NCBI GenBank assembly: GCA_039586795.1 | Contig: JBDHJS010000025.1 | Location: 29,703 to 93,702, forward strand | Direction of reading: 5' to 3' | Length of the DNA stretch: 64,000 nt | From: Gemmatimonadota bacterium | GTDB taxonomy: Bacteria > Gemmatimonadota > Gemmatimonadetes > Palauibacterales > KS3-K002 | Shown here: piece after piece, positions 29,864 to 40,057 of the stretch | How the letters are laid out: the number at the start of each line of letters is the position of its first letter | How positions within the stretch are numbered: position 1 is the first letter of the stretch | Position numbers and translations under genes: made by a program | The notes under the pieces: model-generated | The model's database searches: none | Seen by the model: the letters and a program-made list of their open reading frames with translations, nothing else | What the model was told of the DNA's origin: nothing

Positions 29864-31230
29864 GCGACGAGCTGGATCTATTTCCCGATGCTGCGCCGCA
29901 GCCGGTGTCCCGGCGGGGACGAATAGCGGACGAGCACACACCGGCCGCGCCGCTGGCGACGCGAATGCGACCGCGCACGCTGGAAGAATTTCTCGGTCAG
30001 GATCATCTGGTGGGCGCGGGCAGGATCCTGCGCGAGCTGATCGAGCGCGATGATCTGCAGTCGCTGATCTTCTGGGGGCCGCCGGGTAGCGGCAAGACCA
30101 CGCTCGCCCGGATCATCGCCGACAGAACACACGCCACGTTCGTTCCGTTCAGCGCGGTAACCGAGGGCGTGCCTCGGGTGCGGGAGATCATAGCGCAAGC
30201 CGAGGAACGCCTGCGCGTAACGGACCAGCGAACGATCCTCTTCTGCGATGAGATCCACCGCTTCAACCGGGCGCAGCAGGACGCGTTTCTTCCGCATGTC
30301 GAAGCGGGGACTGTCGTGTTGATCGGTGCGACGACGGAGAATCCGAGCTTCGAGGTGAATAGCGCGCTGCTCAGTCGCTCGCGAGTGCTGGTGCTGGAGC
30401 CTTTAAGCGCGGAGCACATGCGGACGATTTGCGAGCGGGCGCTGGCCGATGATGAGCGCGGGTTCGGCGCCGAGCAACTCGAGATCGATGATGAGGCTCT
30501 GGACTTCCTGGCGGTCACCGGGGACGGTGATGCGCGTCGCGCGCTATCGGCGCTGGAGATCGCTGCCTCCATCGTGGGGCAGGGCGGGCGGATCACGCAG
30601 GACGTGGCGGCTGAGGCCATGCAGAAGCGATTTGCCCACTACGACAAGTCGGGCGAAGAGCACTACAACCTCATCTCGGCCATGCACAAGGCGGTGCGTG
30701 GTTCGGATCCCGATGCTACGCTCTACTGGCTGGCTCGCATGCTGGATGGCGGCGAAGACCCACTCTACATCGCCCGGCGCATGGTGCGCATGGCGGTGGA
30801 AGACATCGGGCTCGCCGATCCACGAGCGCTCTCCGTAACTGTCGCTGCAAAGGACGCCTACCATTTCCTCGGCACGCCGGAAGGGGAGTTGGCACTTGCG
30901 GAAGCTGCGGTGTACCTGGCGACTGCGCCCAAGTCGAACCGGATCTACACGGCCTTCGGGCGTGCCCGGTCGCTGGCCCGTGAAACGCCGGGTGAGCCGG
31001 TGCCAATGCACATACGCAACGCGCCGACCCGGCTGATGAAGGACCTTGGTTACGGTTCGGGCTATCAGTACGATCACGACGAACCGGAAGGGGTGGCCCA
31101 GCAGGAGTACATGCCGGAGACGGTGGGTCGGCACCGGTTCTACGAGCCGACGGGGCGGGGATTCGAGGTGGAGATCAGGAAGCGGCTGGAGTACTGGGCT
31201 TCAAAGCGGGCGGAAAAGAAGGACGGCTGA
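29860..31230 (+). CDS. rarA: Replication-associated recombination protein A
   Basis: ATGA overlap start; [40 protein letters not shown]. Confidence 0.96.
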   Translation: MSDELDLFPDAAPQPVSRRGRIADEHTPAAPLATRMRPRTLEEFLGQDHLVGAGRILRELIERDDLQSLIFWGPPGSGKTTLARIIADRTHATFVPFSAVTEGVPRVREIIAQAEERLRVTDQRTILFCDEIHRFNRAQQDAFLPHVEAGTVVLIGATTENPSFEVNSALLSRSRVLVLEPLSAEHMRTICERALADDERGFGAEQLEIDDEALDFLAVTGDGDARRALSALEIAASIVGQGGRITQDVAAEAMQKRFAHYDKSGEEHYNLISAMHKAVRGSDPDATLYWLARMLDGGEDPLYIARRMVRMAVEDIGLADPRALSVTVAAKDAYHFLGTPEGELALAEAAVYLATAPKSNRIYTAFGRARSLARETPGEPVPMHIRNAPTRLMKDLGYGSGYQYDHDEPEGVAQQEYMPETVGRHRFYEPTGRGFEVEIRKRLEYWASKRAEKKDG

Positions 31231-31274
31231 CAGGTGCATGAAGCGGGAAGCGGGAGGTCGTCATAGCTGAGAAG

Positions 31275-32570
31275 ATGATCGAGGTCGAAGCGCCGCAGGA
31301 GCGAGCAATCTTGCTGAGCGCGCCGGACAAGAGCGTCAGCCGCCAGGAGGCGCAGGATCATCTCGCCGAACTGGCGTCGCTTGTGGATACGGCAGGCGCC
31401 GAAGTCGTGGGCACGCTGCAGCAGCAACTGCAGTCACCGCACCCCGCGTACTACATTGGGACGGGCAAAGTCGACGAGCTGCGCTTACAGGTTGCCGCGC
31501 GTGATGCGACGCTGGTGATTTTTGACGAAGACCTGACGCCGATGCAGGGCCAGAAGCTCGAGGAGGCGTTGGAAGTCCGGGTGATGGACCGGACGGAGCT
31601 GATCATAGACATCTTCGCGTTGCGAGCGCGGACGGCGGAAGCGAAGACGCAGGTCGAGCTGGCCCAGCTTCAGTATCTGCTTCCGCGGCTGAGGCGGATG
31701 TGGACTCACCTCTCGCGCATCCGGGGCGGGATCGGGCTGCGGGGTCCGGGCGAGACGCAGTTGGAAACTGACCGCCGGATGATTCGGCGGAAGATCCGCG
31801 ACTTGAAGCGACGGCTGGAGCGGATATCGCGGCAGCGGGCAACGCAACGCAAAGGTCGTGTCGGCGAGTATCGTGTCGCTCTCGTCGGCTACACGAATGT
31901 GGGGAAGTCGTCGATCCTGGCTGGCCTATCCGAGTCAGAGCTCTTCATCGAGGACCGACTATTCGCGACGCTCGATCCCGCGACACGCGCTGTCGATCTG
32001 GGCGATGGTTTCCAGGCGTTGGTCACCGATACGGTGGGCTTCATCCGCAAGCTACCGCACGACCTGGTCGCGTCGTTCAGGGCGACGCTAGAAGAGGTGA
32101 ACGAAGCGGACGTATTGTGTCACGTTGTTGACGTTTCGCACCCCTTGTGGGAAGAGCAACACGTAGTGGTCGAGGACGTGATCGCCGAGTTGCGGTTCAA
32201 TCCGAAGCGTCGCCTGGTTGCCTTCAACAAAGTGGACCGGCTGACGCATCCAGAGGAGGTGGCGATCGACGAGCGGGCGACGGCCTTGCTTGGAGAGCAC
32301 GTGTTCTCGTCGACTGTGGAGCCGAGCGGTCTCGAGGCATTACGTGCCGCGCTGAGAACTCTCGCCATGGGAGACTGGCCGACCGTGACCCTCACCATCC
32401 CGGCAACCGAAGGTGGAGTGCTTGCCGAGATCTATCGCGAAGGCGAGGTCCTGTCCCGCGAGGAACGCGGTGATCGTATCCAGCTTCGCGTCAGGTTGCG
32501 GGCTGAAGTGCTCAGCCGACTGAGCTCGAGGGACGACGTTTCGATCTTCGATGCGCCGTCAGCGGCGTGA
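31275..32570 (+). CDS. hflX: GTPase HflX
   Basis: RGPGETQLETDRR, GYTNVGKS, LFATLDP, DTVGFI, NKVD. Confidence 0.97.
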   Translation: MIEVEAPQERAILLSAPDKSVSRQEAQDHLAELASLVDTAGAEVVGTLQQQLQSPHPAYYIGTGKVDELRLQVAARDATLVIFDEDLTPMQGQKLEEALEVRVMDRTELIIDIFALRARTAEAKTQVELAQLQYLLPRLRRMWTHLSRIRGGIGLRGPGETQLETDRRMIRRKIRDLKRRLERISRQRATQRKGRVGEYRVALVGYTNVGKSSILAGLSESELFIEDRLFATLDPATRAVDLGDGFQALVTDTVGFIRKLPHDLVASFRATLEEVNEADVLCHVVDVSHPLWEEQHVVVEDVIAELRFNPKRRLVAFNKVDRLTHPEEVAIDERATALLGEHVFSSTVEPSGLEALRAALRTLAMGDWPTVTLTIPATEGGVLAEIYREGEVLSREERGDRIQLRVRLRAEVLSRLSSRDDVSIFDAPSAA

Positions 32571-33451
32571 GCATGCAAGCGCCACACTGGATCGTTGGGC
32601 CCGGTCGGGTGGGAGGCGCTATTGCTTCAGTCCTTGCTGAAGCGAATGGCACAGTCCTCGTGGTCGGCCGAAGTGAGCTGTCGGAAGATCACCCGCTGTT
32701 GAAGCTGCGGTCGGTCGAGTTCACTACGGAGTATCCCGGCGCGCCCGATGCCGGGACTCGCGTCTTGCTGACCGTGCCGGATGCCGACGTGCCGATCGCG
32801 GCGGCGGAACTGGCGGCGCAAGGTACGCCCGGTGCGGGGTGCACGGCTCTTCACATGAGCGGTGCGCTGCCATCCTCGGCCCTTCAGCCGTTGGCGGATC
32901 TGGGTTATGCCGTCGGTTCGCTTCATCCGCTCCAGACCATCGCCGATCAGGCGCACGGTGCGGAGCGTCTGCGTGGCGCGTTCTTCGCGTTCGAGGGCGA
33001 CGCCGAGGCCAGAGAAGCGGCGGTGCGGATCGTCAACGCGGCTGGAGGCCGGCTGCTCGAGGTTCACGCGGCGGACAAAGCGCGTTATCATGCCGCTTGC
33101 GTCTTCGCCTCGAATTATGTCGTGGCGTGCGCCGCGGCGGCGACGCGGTTGCTGGCCGACGCGGTCGGTGTGAGCCGGGAGGAAGCGCGGCGAGCGTTGG
33201 AGCCGCTGTGGGGCGGCGCGGTGGCGAACCTGAACGATCTGGGGCTGCCTGAGGCGCTCACCGGCCCGATCGCCCGGGGAGACCTCGAGACGCTGCAATC
33301 GAATCTGTCGGTTCTGGACGCATCGACGCGCGCGCTGTACGCACACCTGGGGTTGGAGGCGCTGGCGTTGAGCCGCGAGTTGGGCCTCGACGACATGCCG
33401 GCTGACGCCATTGAAGAAGAACTTCGACGGTACCTTGCAGGAGTAGAGTGA
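32567..33451 (+). CDS. Rossmann-like + DUF2520 protein (PanG-type ketopantoate reductase-like)
   Basis: [39 protein letters not shown]. Confidence 0.88.
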   Translation: MSMQAPHWIVGPGRVGGAIASVLAEANGTVLVVGRSELSEDHPLLKLRSVEFTTEYPGAPDAGTRVLLTVPDADVPIAAAELAAQGTPGAGCTALHMSGALPSSALQPLADLGYAVGSLHPLQTIADQAHGAERLRGAFFAFEGDAEAREAAVRIVNAAGGRLLEVHAADKARYHAACVFASNYVVACAAAATRLLADAVGVSREEARRALEPLWGGAVANLNDLGLPEALTGPIARGDLETLQSNLSVLDASTRALYAHLGLEALALSRELGLDDMPADAIEEELRRYLAGVE

Positions 33452-34182
33452 TGCGGCTGTACATCAATCTCGATCACGTTGCGACCGTTCGGGAGGCCCG
33501 TCGCACGGACGAGCCCGACCCGGTTCGGGCCGCGGTGCTTGCCGAGCTTGGCGGAGCGCAGGCGATCACCGTTCACCTGCGTGAAGACCGGCGGCATATC
33601 AACGACCGGGATGTCGTGCTCTTACTTCAAACGGTGCGCACCGGCGTGAACCTGGAGATGGCGATCGAGGGTGAGATGGTCGAGTTGGCGCTGGAGCACC
33701 ATCCAATGCAGGTCACGCTGGTACCGGAGCGGCGCGAGGAAATAACGACGGAGGGCGGATTGGACCTGAGTGACGCCGACCGTCGACGGCGCGCCGAGGG
33801 AGTGCTGGCGAAGTTGGGGGATGCGGGCATCAGGACGTCGTTGTTCATCGACCCGGATGCGGACGGGATACGCGTCTCCAAGGAGCTGGGGGCGGACGCG
33901 ATCGAGCTTCACACGGGCGAATATGCCAATGCGTCGACGGAGCGCGATCGGGAGGAGCAGTTGCAGCGCCTGCGTAAGGCCGCGATCTTGGGGAGGGAGA
34001 TCGGGCTGGCGGTTCACGCCGGTCATGGCCTAACCTACGAGAACGTCATACCCGTGGCGGCGATCCCGGAGATCGAGGAGTTGAACATCGGACACTCGGT
34101 GGTCAGCCGGGCGGTATTTGTAGGGATGGAGCGGGCAGTGAGAGAGATGCTAGAGCTGGTTCTGTCCGCACGGAGCCGGTAG
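33448..34182 (+). CDS. pdxJ: Pyridoxine 5'-phosphate synthase
   Basis: [45 protein letters not shown]. Confidence 0.97.
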   Translation: MMRLYINLDHVATVREARRTDEPDPVRAAVLAELGGAQAITVHLREDRRHINDRDVVLLLQTVRTGVNLEMAIEGEMVELALEHHPMQVTLVPERREEITTEGGLDLSDADRRRRAEGVLAKLGDAGIRTSLFIDPDADGIRVSKELGADAIELHTGEYANASTERDREEQLQRLRKAAILGREIGLAVHAGHGLTYENVIPVAAIPEIEELNIGHSVVSRAVFVGMERAVREMLELVLSARSR

Positions 34183-34195
34183 GAGAGCGAGGGAG

Positions 34196-35728
34196 ATGCC
34201 CCGAACACTGATGGAGTTCTTCGCCGACGAGGCGAATGACTATCTGAACAAGCTAGAACAGACGCTGGACACGTCGGGCCAACCTGACTCCGACGAGTTG
34301 AGGCGTTTGTCGCGAGCGCTTCGGGGTAGCGCTCGTATGGCGGACCAGGAGGCGATCGCTCGGGCTGCCGGTTCGCTGCACACGCTGGCCACGGAGCTGA
34401 GTGCCGGCCGCCGACACTGGAGCACGGAGCTTCGAGATACCGTGGTCTCGGCGTTGGGCGAGGTCCGGCAGATGGTCGCGACGGATGAAGCGCCGGCCGA
34501 CCTGATGGAGCGGGCCAATACGCTGGCGAAGAGGCTGGGCGAGGTGACGGCGCCGACCCCTCCGGCAAAGGACGACGATCGTTTCCGCCGCTATCTGGGT
34601 ACGGAGCTCCGCGGCCTCGCCTCGGACATCGGCGACGCCCTGGTCATCCTGGAGCGTGATCCTCGCAACCGCGAGCCGCTCAAAAGGCTCCTCCGTCGTA
34701 TTCGCCCTCTGCGTGGGATCGAAGGTGTCGATGACATCCCGGCAGTCGGTCCCGCGGTGAAGGCGGTGGAAGAGGTGATCCTGAGGATTGCGGATACCAG
34801 CGCCACGGTGGGACCGGGTCACCTGGTTCTGTTCAGGCGGGCGCGTCAGGCGCTGGACGACGTCGCTACCGAGTTGATCCGCGGCGGAGAAGGCGTGATG
34901 GTGGCGAAGGGCGGTCCGGAGATCGAGGACCTCAAGGATCAGGTTCTCGAAACGGCGGCGCAGCGCGATGTCACCTGGATCAGCGAGCTGTTCTATGACG
35001 ATGATGGGCTGCACGTAGAGGCTTGCCCGATGGCGGAGCGCGGCGCGGGCTCGCTGGAGGGGTTCTTCCTGCTCGAAGCGACCGGGTGCCTCGATACGAT
35101 CGATCGAATCCAGGCCGACATGGCTCGGGAGCCGGCCACGGCCAAGAAGGGGGCGGAGCGGTTGGCGTTCACGTTACGCCAGCTCCGGGAGCGGGCGGTG
35201 ACTTTTGGCCATGCGGAGTTGGGGCGTGTGTCGCGCCGCGCCTCCGCCGCGGTTCGCGCAGCCGCGGAGGGTCCAGCGGAGCAGCTTCACGCGATGGCAC
35301 TGGAGATGGCCGTCACCGCAGAGGCGCTGCGCGGCTATCTCGATGCTTCCGAAGTGAGCGAGCGTGACCAGGCGTTGAAGGAAGCTGAAAGCTCGCTGGC
35401 GACCGTGGTACAGACTTCGCCGGAAGTCGCGGTGGCCGAGGCCATCGTGGAATCGCCAGCAGTTGAAGCGCCGGCGGAGGAGATCGTCGAGGAGATCATC
35501 GATGTGGCGGACATCGTCATGGACGAGCCGGAAGTGGCTGAAGCCGTGAGCATCGAAGAGTTGCTCTACTCGAAAGAGGATGCCGTCGCTCGGGCCAGAT
35601 CGTTGTGGACCGAGGCTGGCGATCTCCTGGAGACAGGCCTGCCTGATCTTGGGCGTGCGCAGCTGCTGATCTCGGAAGCGCTCGACCTGCTCGGCCACGC
35701 GTTGGACCTCGTCGGCGTGGAAACATGA
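34196..35728 (+). CDS. Protein with three HPt/CheA-P1-like helical repeats lacking the phosphoacceptor His
   Basis: FFADEANDYL...LRRLSRALRGSARMA; LLRRIRPLRG; FFLLEA...TLRQLRERAVTFG; acidic C-terminal region. Confidence 0.75.
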   Translation: MPRTLMEFFADEANDYLNKLEQTLDTSGQPDSDELRRLSRALRGSARMADQEAIARAAGSLHTLATELSAGRRHWSTELRDTVVSALGEVRQMVATDEAPADLMERANTLAKRLGEVTAPTPPAKDDDRFRRYLGTELRGLASDIGDALVILERDPRNREPLKRLLRRIRPLRGIEGVDDIPAVGPAVKAVEEVILRIADTSATVGPGHLVLFRRARQALDDVATELIRGGEGVMVAKGGPEIEDLKDQVLETAAQRDVTWISELFYDDDGLHVEACPMAERGAGSLEGFFLLEATGCLDTIDRIQADMAREPATAKKGAERLAFTLRQLRERAVTFGHAELGRVSRRASAAVRAAAEGPAEQLHAMALEMAVTAEALRGYLDASEVSERDQALKEAESSLATVVQTSPEVAVAEAIVESPAVEAPAEEIVEEIIDVADIVMDEPEVAEAVSIEELLYSKEDAVARARSLWTEAGDLLETGLPDLGRAQLLISEALDLLGHALDLVGVET

Positions 35729-36747
35729 CGCTCCGCTGGCAGACGGCCATCGGGCTCGCCGTCAGCCTCGCCCTCCTCTACTGGGCCCTCCACGACGTTT
35801 CGTTCACCGAAGCATGGGACCACATGCGGTCGGCGAATTTGTGGCTGCTGGCGCTAGCGGCGACCGTCCAGCTTTCCACATTCGTCATCCGCGCGATCCG
35901 CTGGAGAATCTTCCTCAAGCCGGTACTGGCCGACTCGTCGTTTGACGCCCGGTTCTCCACCACATGCATCGGCTTCATGGTGAACAACCTGTTGCCGGCG
36001 CGGGTCGGCGAGTTCGCGCGCGCGTATGCCTTGAGTCGAGTTCAGCCGATCACCGTCAGCGCTTCGTTCGGGTCGGTCGTCGTCGAGCGCCTTTTTGATA
36101 CGCTGACACTCGTCCTCTTTCTCGCGACGCCGTTCCTCTTGCCGGGCTTCGCGCTGACCGCGGGGTTCGGGGACCAGATCCTGGGCAGAGTGATTTCAGT
36201 GAGCGTCATCTTCGGCGGCGCCGTCCTCGTGCTGGTCGGTTTGATATGGTGGCCGGCGATGGCGATCCGGACGTTCAAGTCGACGGTTGGGCGGTTGTTG
36301 CCGCACAAGCTGACCGACAAGGTCGTGCAGATGATCGAGTCCTTCGTCGAAGGAATGGGCGCGATGAGGAGTCCCGAGTTAGTGATCAAGGGCTTCGCCT
36401 GGTCGTTCGTGCATTGGCTGTGGGGGGCGCTGGCGCTCTATACAGGGATGTTAGCGTTCGGCATCACCCAACCGGGCTTCTTGGGCGCGATCTTCTTGCA
36501 GGCCGTTAACGCGATCAGCGTCGCGATCCCATCCACGCCCGGATTCTTCGGCTTGTTCGAAGCCAGCGTGCGATTCGCCCTCACGCCGTTCGGCGTCGAT
36601 CCCGGCCTGGCCATCAGCTTCGCGTTCGCGTTTCATATCGCCTCTTACATACCAGCGACGCTCCTCGGGCTGTACCTGATGGGCCGCCTCGGACTCACGT
36701 GGAGCGAGGTGGGACACAGCGAGGAGATCGTCGAGGATAGCCCGTAG
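35725..36747 (+). CDS. Lysylphosphatidylglycerol synthase TM-domain (flippase-like, UPF0104) protein
   Basis: RAIRW, NNLLPARVGEFARA, VERLFD, PSTPGFFG. Confidence 0.9.
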   Translation: MTLRWQTAIGLAVSLALLYWALHDVSFTEAWDHMRSANLWLLALAATVQLSTFVIRAIRWRIFLKPVLADSSFDARFSTTCIGFMVNNLLPARVGEFARAYALSRVQPITVSASFGSVVVERLFDTLTLVLFLATPFLLPGFALTAGFGDQILGRVISVSVIFGGAVLVLVGLIWWPAMAIRTFKSTVGRLLPHKLTDKVVQMIESFVEGMGAMRSPELVIKGFAWSFVHWLWGALALYTGMLAFGITQPGFLGAIFLQAVNAISVAIPSTPGFFGLFEASVRFALTPFGVDPGLAISFAFAFHIASYIPATLLGLYLMGRLGLTWSEVGHSEEIVEDSP

Positions 36748-36756
36748 CGCAGCGTC

Positions 36757-37641
36757 ATGGCTGAAGGATGGATGGAAGCCGAGGCCCGCGCGAAGTTGAA
36801 CCTGAGGCTGCGGGTCTTTCCAGCCGGTGACGATGGATTTCACCCGCTCGAGACGATCTTCTGCCGGATCGACCTGGCGGACCGGGTCCGTGTTCGCCTG
36901 TGGCCCGAACCGCACCGGGTGTGGATGCACCTGCGTGGGGGGCTGGACGTTCCCGACGGGCCGGAGAACCTGGCATTCCGGGCCGCGGCGTTGTTTGGAG
37001 ATTGGGCCGGCGTGCAGGGTGGCATCGAGGTCGACCTGGAGAAGAAGATTCCCCCGGGCTCGGGGCTGGGGGGTGGGTCGAGCGATGCCGCGGCGGTGTT
37101 GAGAACTTTGGAGCGGGTTCTCCATCTGGAAGGCGGCATGGAAGCGCTGATGGATATGGCGGCCGAGCTCGGGTCCGATGTACCATTCTTGGCCGCCGAT
37201 CTTCCCCTCGCCATCGGTCGCGGGCGGGGAGAGCGCCTCGAGCCTGGCCCCGTCCTGGAGACGCGGCCTATGCTGATCGCCCTCCCGGACCTCTCGATTT
37301 CGACGGCCAAGGCATATGCCGAGTGGGACGCCGGGTTGGAGCGTGGAGCGGTTGCCGTGGGAGAGCCTGTGGCAATCTCCGAGGAACAGCTCTCCAGTTG
37401 GGATCAAGTTCGCGAACTGGCGGTCAACGACTTCGAACCCGTCATCTTGGATCGTTACCCCAGGCTGGCCGGGATCAAGGGGGCGCTGAAGGACAGCGGC
37501 GCGACGATCGCGCTTCTATCGGGAACCGGCTCGGCGCTATTCGGGGTGTACGAAAGCGATTCCGAGCGAGACGAAGCCCGATCGCGGTTGGCTGGTGATT
37601 TGAGAGATGTGAATTGGGTCAGCGCTCGCGGGCCTGTATGA
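36757..37641 (+). CDS. ispE: 4-(cytidine 5'-diphospho)-2-C-methyl-D-erythritol kinase
   Basis: AKLNLRL, DGFHPLET, KIPPGSGLGGGSSDAA, LGSDVPF, LSGTGS. Confidence 0.95.
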   Translation: MAEGWMEAEARAKLNLRLRVFPAGDDGFHPLETIFCRIDLADRVRVRLWPEPHRVWMHLRGGLDVPDGPENLAFRAAALFGDWAGVQGGIEVDLEKKIPPGSGLGGGSSDAAAVLRTLERVLHLEGGMEALMDMAAELGSDVPFLAADLPLAIGRGRGERLEPGPVLETRPMLIALPDLSISTAKAYAEWDAGLERGAVAVGEPVAISEEQLSSWDQVRELAVNDFEPVILDRYPRLAGIKGALKDSGATIALLSGTGSALFGVYESDSERDEARSRLAGDLRDVNWVSARGPV

Positions 37642-38206
37642 GGCCGGCGGCGGCTCCGTCCCGCAATTCGGCGTGGACCAGTTGCCCCTCGGGTGGCGGC
37701 AGCATGGCCGCGTCGACGCCCGCCGTCATCACATCCCCTCTCTTCCAGTAGGCATACACATCAGGCGCGCAGGAGACGATAGTCACGACGGCGTCTTTAC
37801 GCCGACGAAAGTCGGTCATGTCGGTGCGTGACAGATAGCAGTTGCGAACCAGTCGTTGGGAGTTGACGGTTGAGATGCCGCTGCGTGGCGTGGGATGATT
37901 GTGCCAGGTGCCGATGGCGTTCCTTCCCATGTCACACGCCGAAGCCTGCACTCGTCCGGACTCGGAGGTGAGGATATGCGGCATCCGAAAATCGGTGATA
38001 TGGAGGTCGGGGCCCCGCCATTCGCCCTCCAAACAGAGGACGAGCTCGGTATCGAACTGAGCGAAGAGCAGTGCGAGGTTGTCGGTAACTTTCGATTCCA
38101 GGACCAGCGAGCGGAACTCTCCCTGTCTGCCCAACCCGCCGACCGCCGCCGACCGTCCAGCGGCCAGCGACACGACTAAGATCAGCAGCCAGGTCATCCA
38201 CCTCAC
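37619..38206 (-). CDS. Exported protein with a JAB/MPN (JAMM)-like motif
   Basis: Signal-like N-terminus, ELVLCL, IGTWHNHP, CYLSRTD; convergent 23-nt overlap with ispE. Confidence 0.65.
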   Translation of the reverse strand: MRWMTWLLILVVSLAAGRSAAVGGLGRQGEFRSLVLESKVTDNLALLFAQFDTELVLCLEGEWRGPDLHITDFRMPHILTSESGRVQASACDMGRNAIGTWHNHPTPRSGISTVNSQRLVRNCYLSRTDMTDFRRRKDAVVTIVSCAPDVYAYWKRGDVMTAGVDAAMLPPPEGQLVHAELRDGAAAGLIQARER

Positions 38207-38433
38207 TCTGGGGCACTCCTATTTTGGCAGGCGCTGTGCGCTGAAGAGCGATCGGGCCCGTTGACACAACACTGATCCGTCGAGCAGTCCAAAACAGGGA
38301 GGAAACCGGCGAGCAGCACGGCAGGGGCTTAGGATTCATACACGCGGGGGGGCGGGAAGGTTCACCCGGGCTTGATCGGTGCCGCCCTCGCGTAGAGATT
38401 CGTCTCACGGGGCGCCGGCCACGGCGCCCAGAC

Positions 38434-38504
38434 TGGCCCGTCGTCTAAGGGCAGGACGCTGGACTTTGGATCCAGAGGTGGAGGTTCGAATCCTCCCGGG
38501 CCAA
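38434..38504 (+). tRNA. tRNA-Gln (anticodon UUG), CCA end not encoded
   Basis: Acceptor TGGCCCG/CGGGCCA; anticodon stem CTGGA/TCCAG with TTG at 38466-38468; T arm GGAGG-TTCGAAT-CCTCC. Confidence 0.97.
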
Positions 38505-38538
38505 TTCCCACCAAGACCCACAGAACTTCTCGGTGTCG

Positions 38539-39828
38539 CTAGCGACGGAAGCGGCCGACGCCTCCCATACGTGGGTTCACCACGTTGGCGAACTTCGAGC
38601 CAAAGCGGTAGCTGAACCCCAGGCTCAGCTCGTATCGGAAATCGGTCTCTCTTTGCCTACGCCTTAAGAGAATGTCGTCGGGGTCGATCCCCGCCGCCGA
38701 CAGGTAGAATTGGTCTTTGATGCGTGAGATCTCGGCGTCTATGTCGAAATTGAATCCACGGAACAGTCGGTATTCGAATCTCAGGAAGGCTGTGAGGCGA
38801 TGGGTCTGGGGCTCATCGAGATACTGGATACCATGAAGAGATCCGTGTATCTCACCCCAGGGCTGCTGGACGGCGGCACCGATGTTAAGGACGTGCCGCG
38901 GCCGAAACTCCTGGGTCTCGCCCTCGACGGTTTCTTCCATATACCAGAAGGCTGCCGCTTCTACCGAATAGCGGAAGGTAATCTGGCGTCGAGTCGCCTC
39001 GGCGTAGGGGAAAATGTTGTACTCGATGGCGGGGCCCGCGAACAGCGCCAAATCCCGGTTGACGCGCGTCGATACGTCTGCTTCCGCCTTTCCGCCGGCA
39101 GACCAGCGGTCACCTAGACTCCAGACGGCAAGTAGGCTCGCTGCGTAGTCCCAGTCCTTGTAGACCTCCTCGCCCTCTTCCTCGAAATCGAACCAGTCTC
39201 TAGTGAACCGACCGCTCAGGCCCAACAGGATCTTCAGGCTCTCTGAGACGCGGTCAGCCGAAGCCGATCCCCTGATCCCGTGGCTGCTTTCCAGCGTCTC
39301 ACTTTCTATCGACCCGTCGAAGCTGATCCTGAACACCCAGAGGTTCCATGGATCGTGCTCCTCGCGCTGAACGACGGCCACCTCAGGCGCCTCGTACTCG
39401 ATGCGCAGGCGTGGGGCAAGCGGTGTGGTTTCGACAAACCCCACCAACCCGACGGCCATGGTTTGAGTCAGACTCTCTCGCACCTCTGCATCGGTGTCGT
39501 CTGGATGAGAGATATAGGTGAGCGACTTCTGCTCGTCGCTGAAGTCGCCCCGGCCCAGGTAGTCCAGGGTGTAGTGCCACCCGCCTCCGCCCGTTCGCTG
39601 TACGGTCACCAGCAGGTGCACGTCGGCGTCCTCCCGGTCCCGGACCCAATTCACCCAGGTGATCTCGAGCCTGAAGTGGTCGAAGTCGCAGTTCGGAGCG
39701 TTGCAGTCGAGGAATACAGTAAGAGCCTCGGCCGCTGTGTCAGCAGGAGGCTCTTGAGCAATGGCGGGGGACTTAAAGGCAATCGTGCAAACGGCGACCA
39801 GCACGGTCAACGTGGCCCATCGGTGCAT
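38539..39828 (-). CDS. Exported protein, probable outer-membrane beta-barrel
   Basis: Signal peptide; VFLDCxxxxCD...VRDREDADVH N-terminal domain; amphipathic aromatic-rich strands; GFSYRFGS near the C-terminus. Confidence 0.7.
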   Translation of the reverse strand: MHRWATLTVLVAVCTIAFKSPAIAQEPPADTAAEALTVFLDCNAPNCDFDHFRLEITWVNWVRDREDADVHLLVTVQRTGGGGWHYTLDYLGRGDFSDEQKSLTYISHPDDTDAEVRESLTQTMAVGLVGFVETTPLAPRLRIEYEAPEVAVVQREEHDPWNLWVFRISFDGSIESETLESSHGIRGSASADRVSESLKILLGLSGRFTRDWFDFEEEGEEVYKDWDYAASLLAVWSLGDRWSAGGKAEADVSTRVNRDLALFAGPAIEYNIFPYAEATRRQITFRYSVEAAAFWYMEETVEGETQEFRPRHVLNIGAAVQQPWGEIHGSLHGIQYLDEPQTHRLTAFLRFEYRLFRGFNFDIDAEISRIKDQFYLSAAGIDPDDILLRRRQRETDFRYELSLGFSYRFGSKFANVVNPRMGGVGRFRR

Positions 39829-40057
39829 ACGTGCGCTCCCTCCCCAGTGGGTCTAATCGCACCGGCAAATCGGACTCTGTCTTTTCCTGGGTACTTCCAC
39901 GCACGAGATGGGAATCTGGTAGGGTCTCAATCATCAGAAACAGCTTGTCGGCTCCAATCGTTGTGACCCGGCGCTAGTCGAGGCGGCGATCGGGCCGGCT
40001 TGGCCTGTAAGTATTTACAAGGTAATGATTTACGCCAGGTGTGGGTCGACGGCGCTT

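Noticed and set aside
31231..31262. Short purine-rich repeats (GAAGCGG x2; similarly GAACGGA x2 near 48582-48597)
   Set aside because: Too few units and no inverted arm, so they cannot be assigned to the heptamer family
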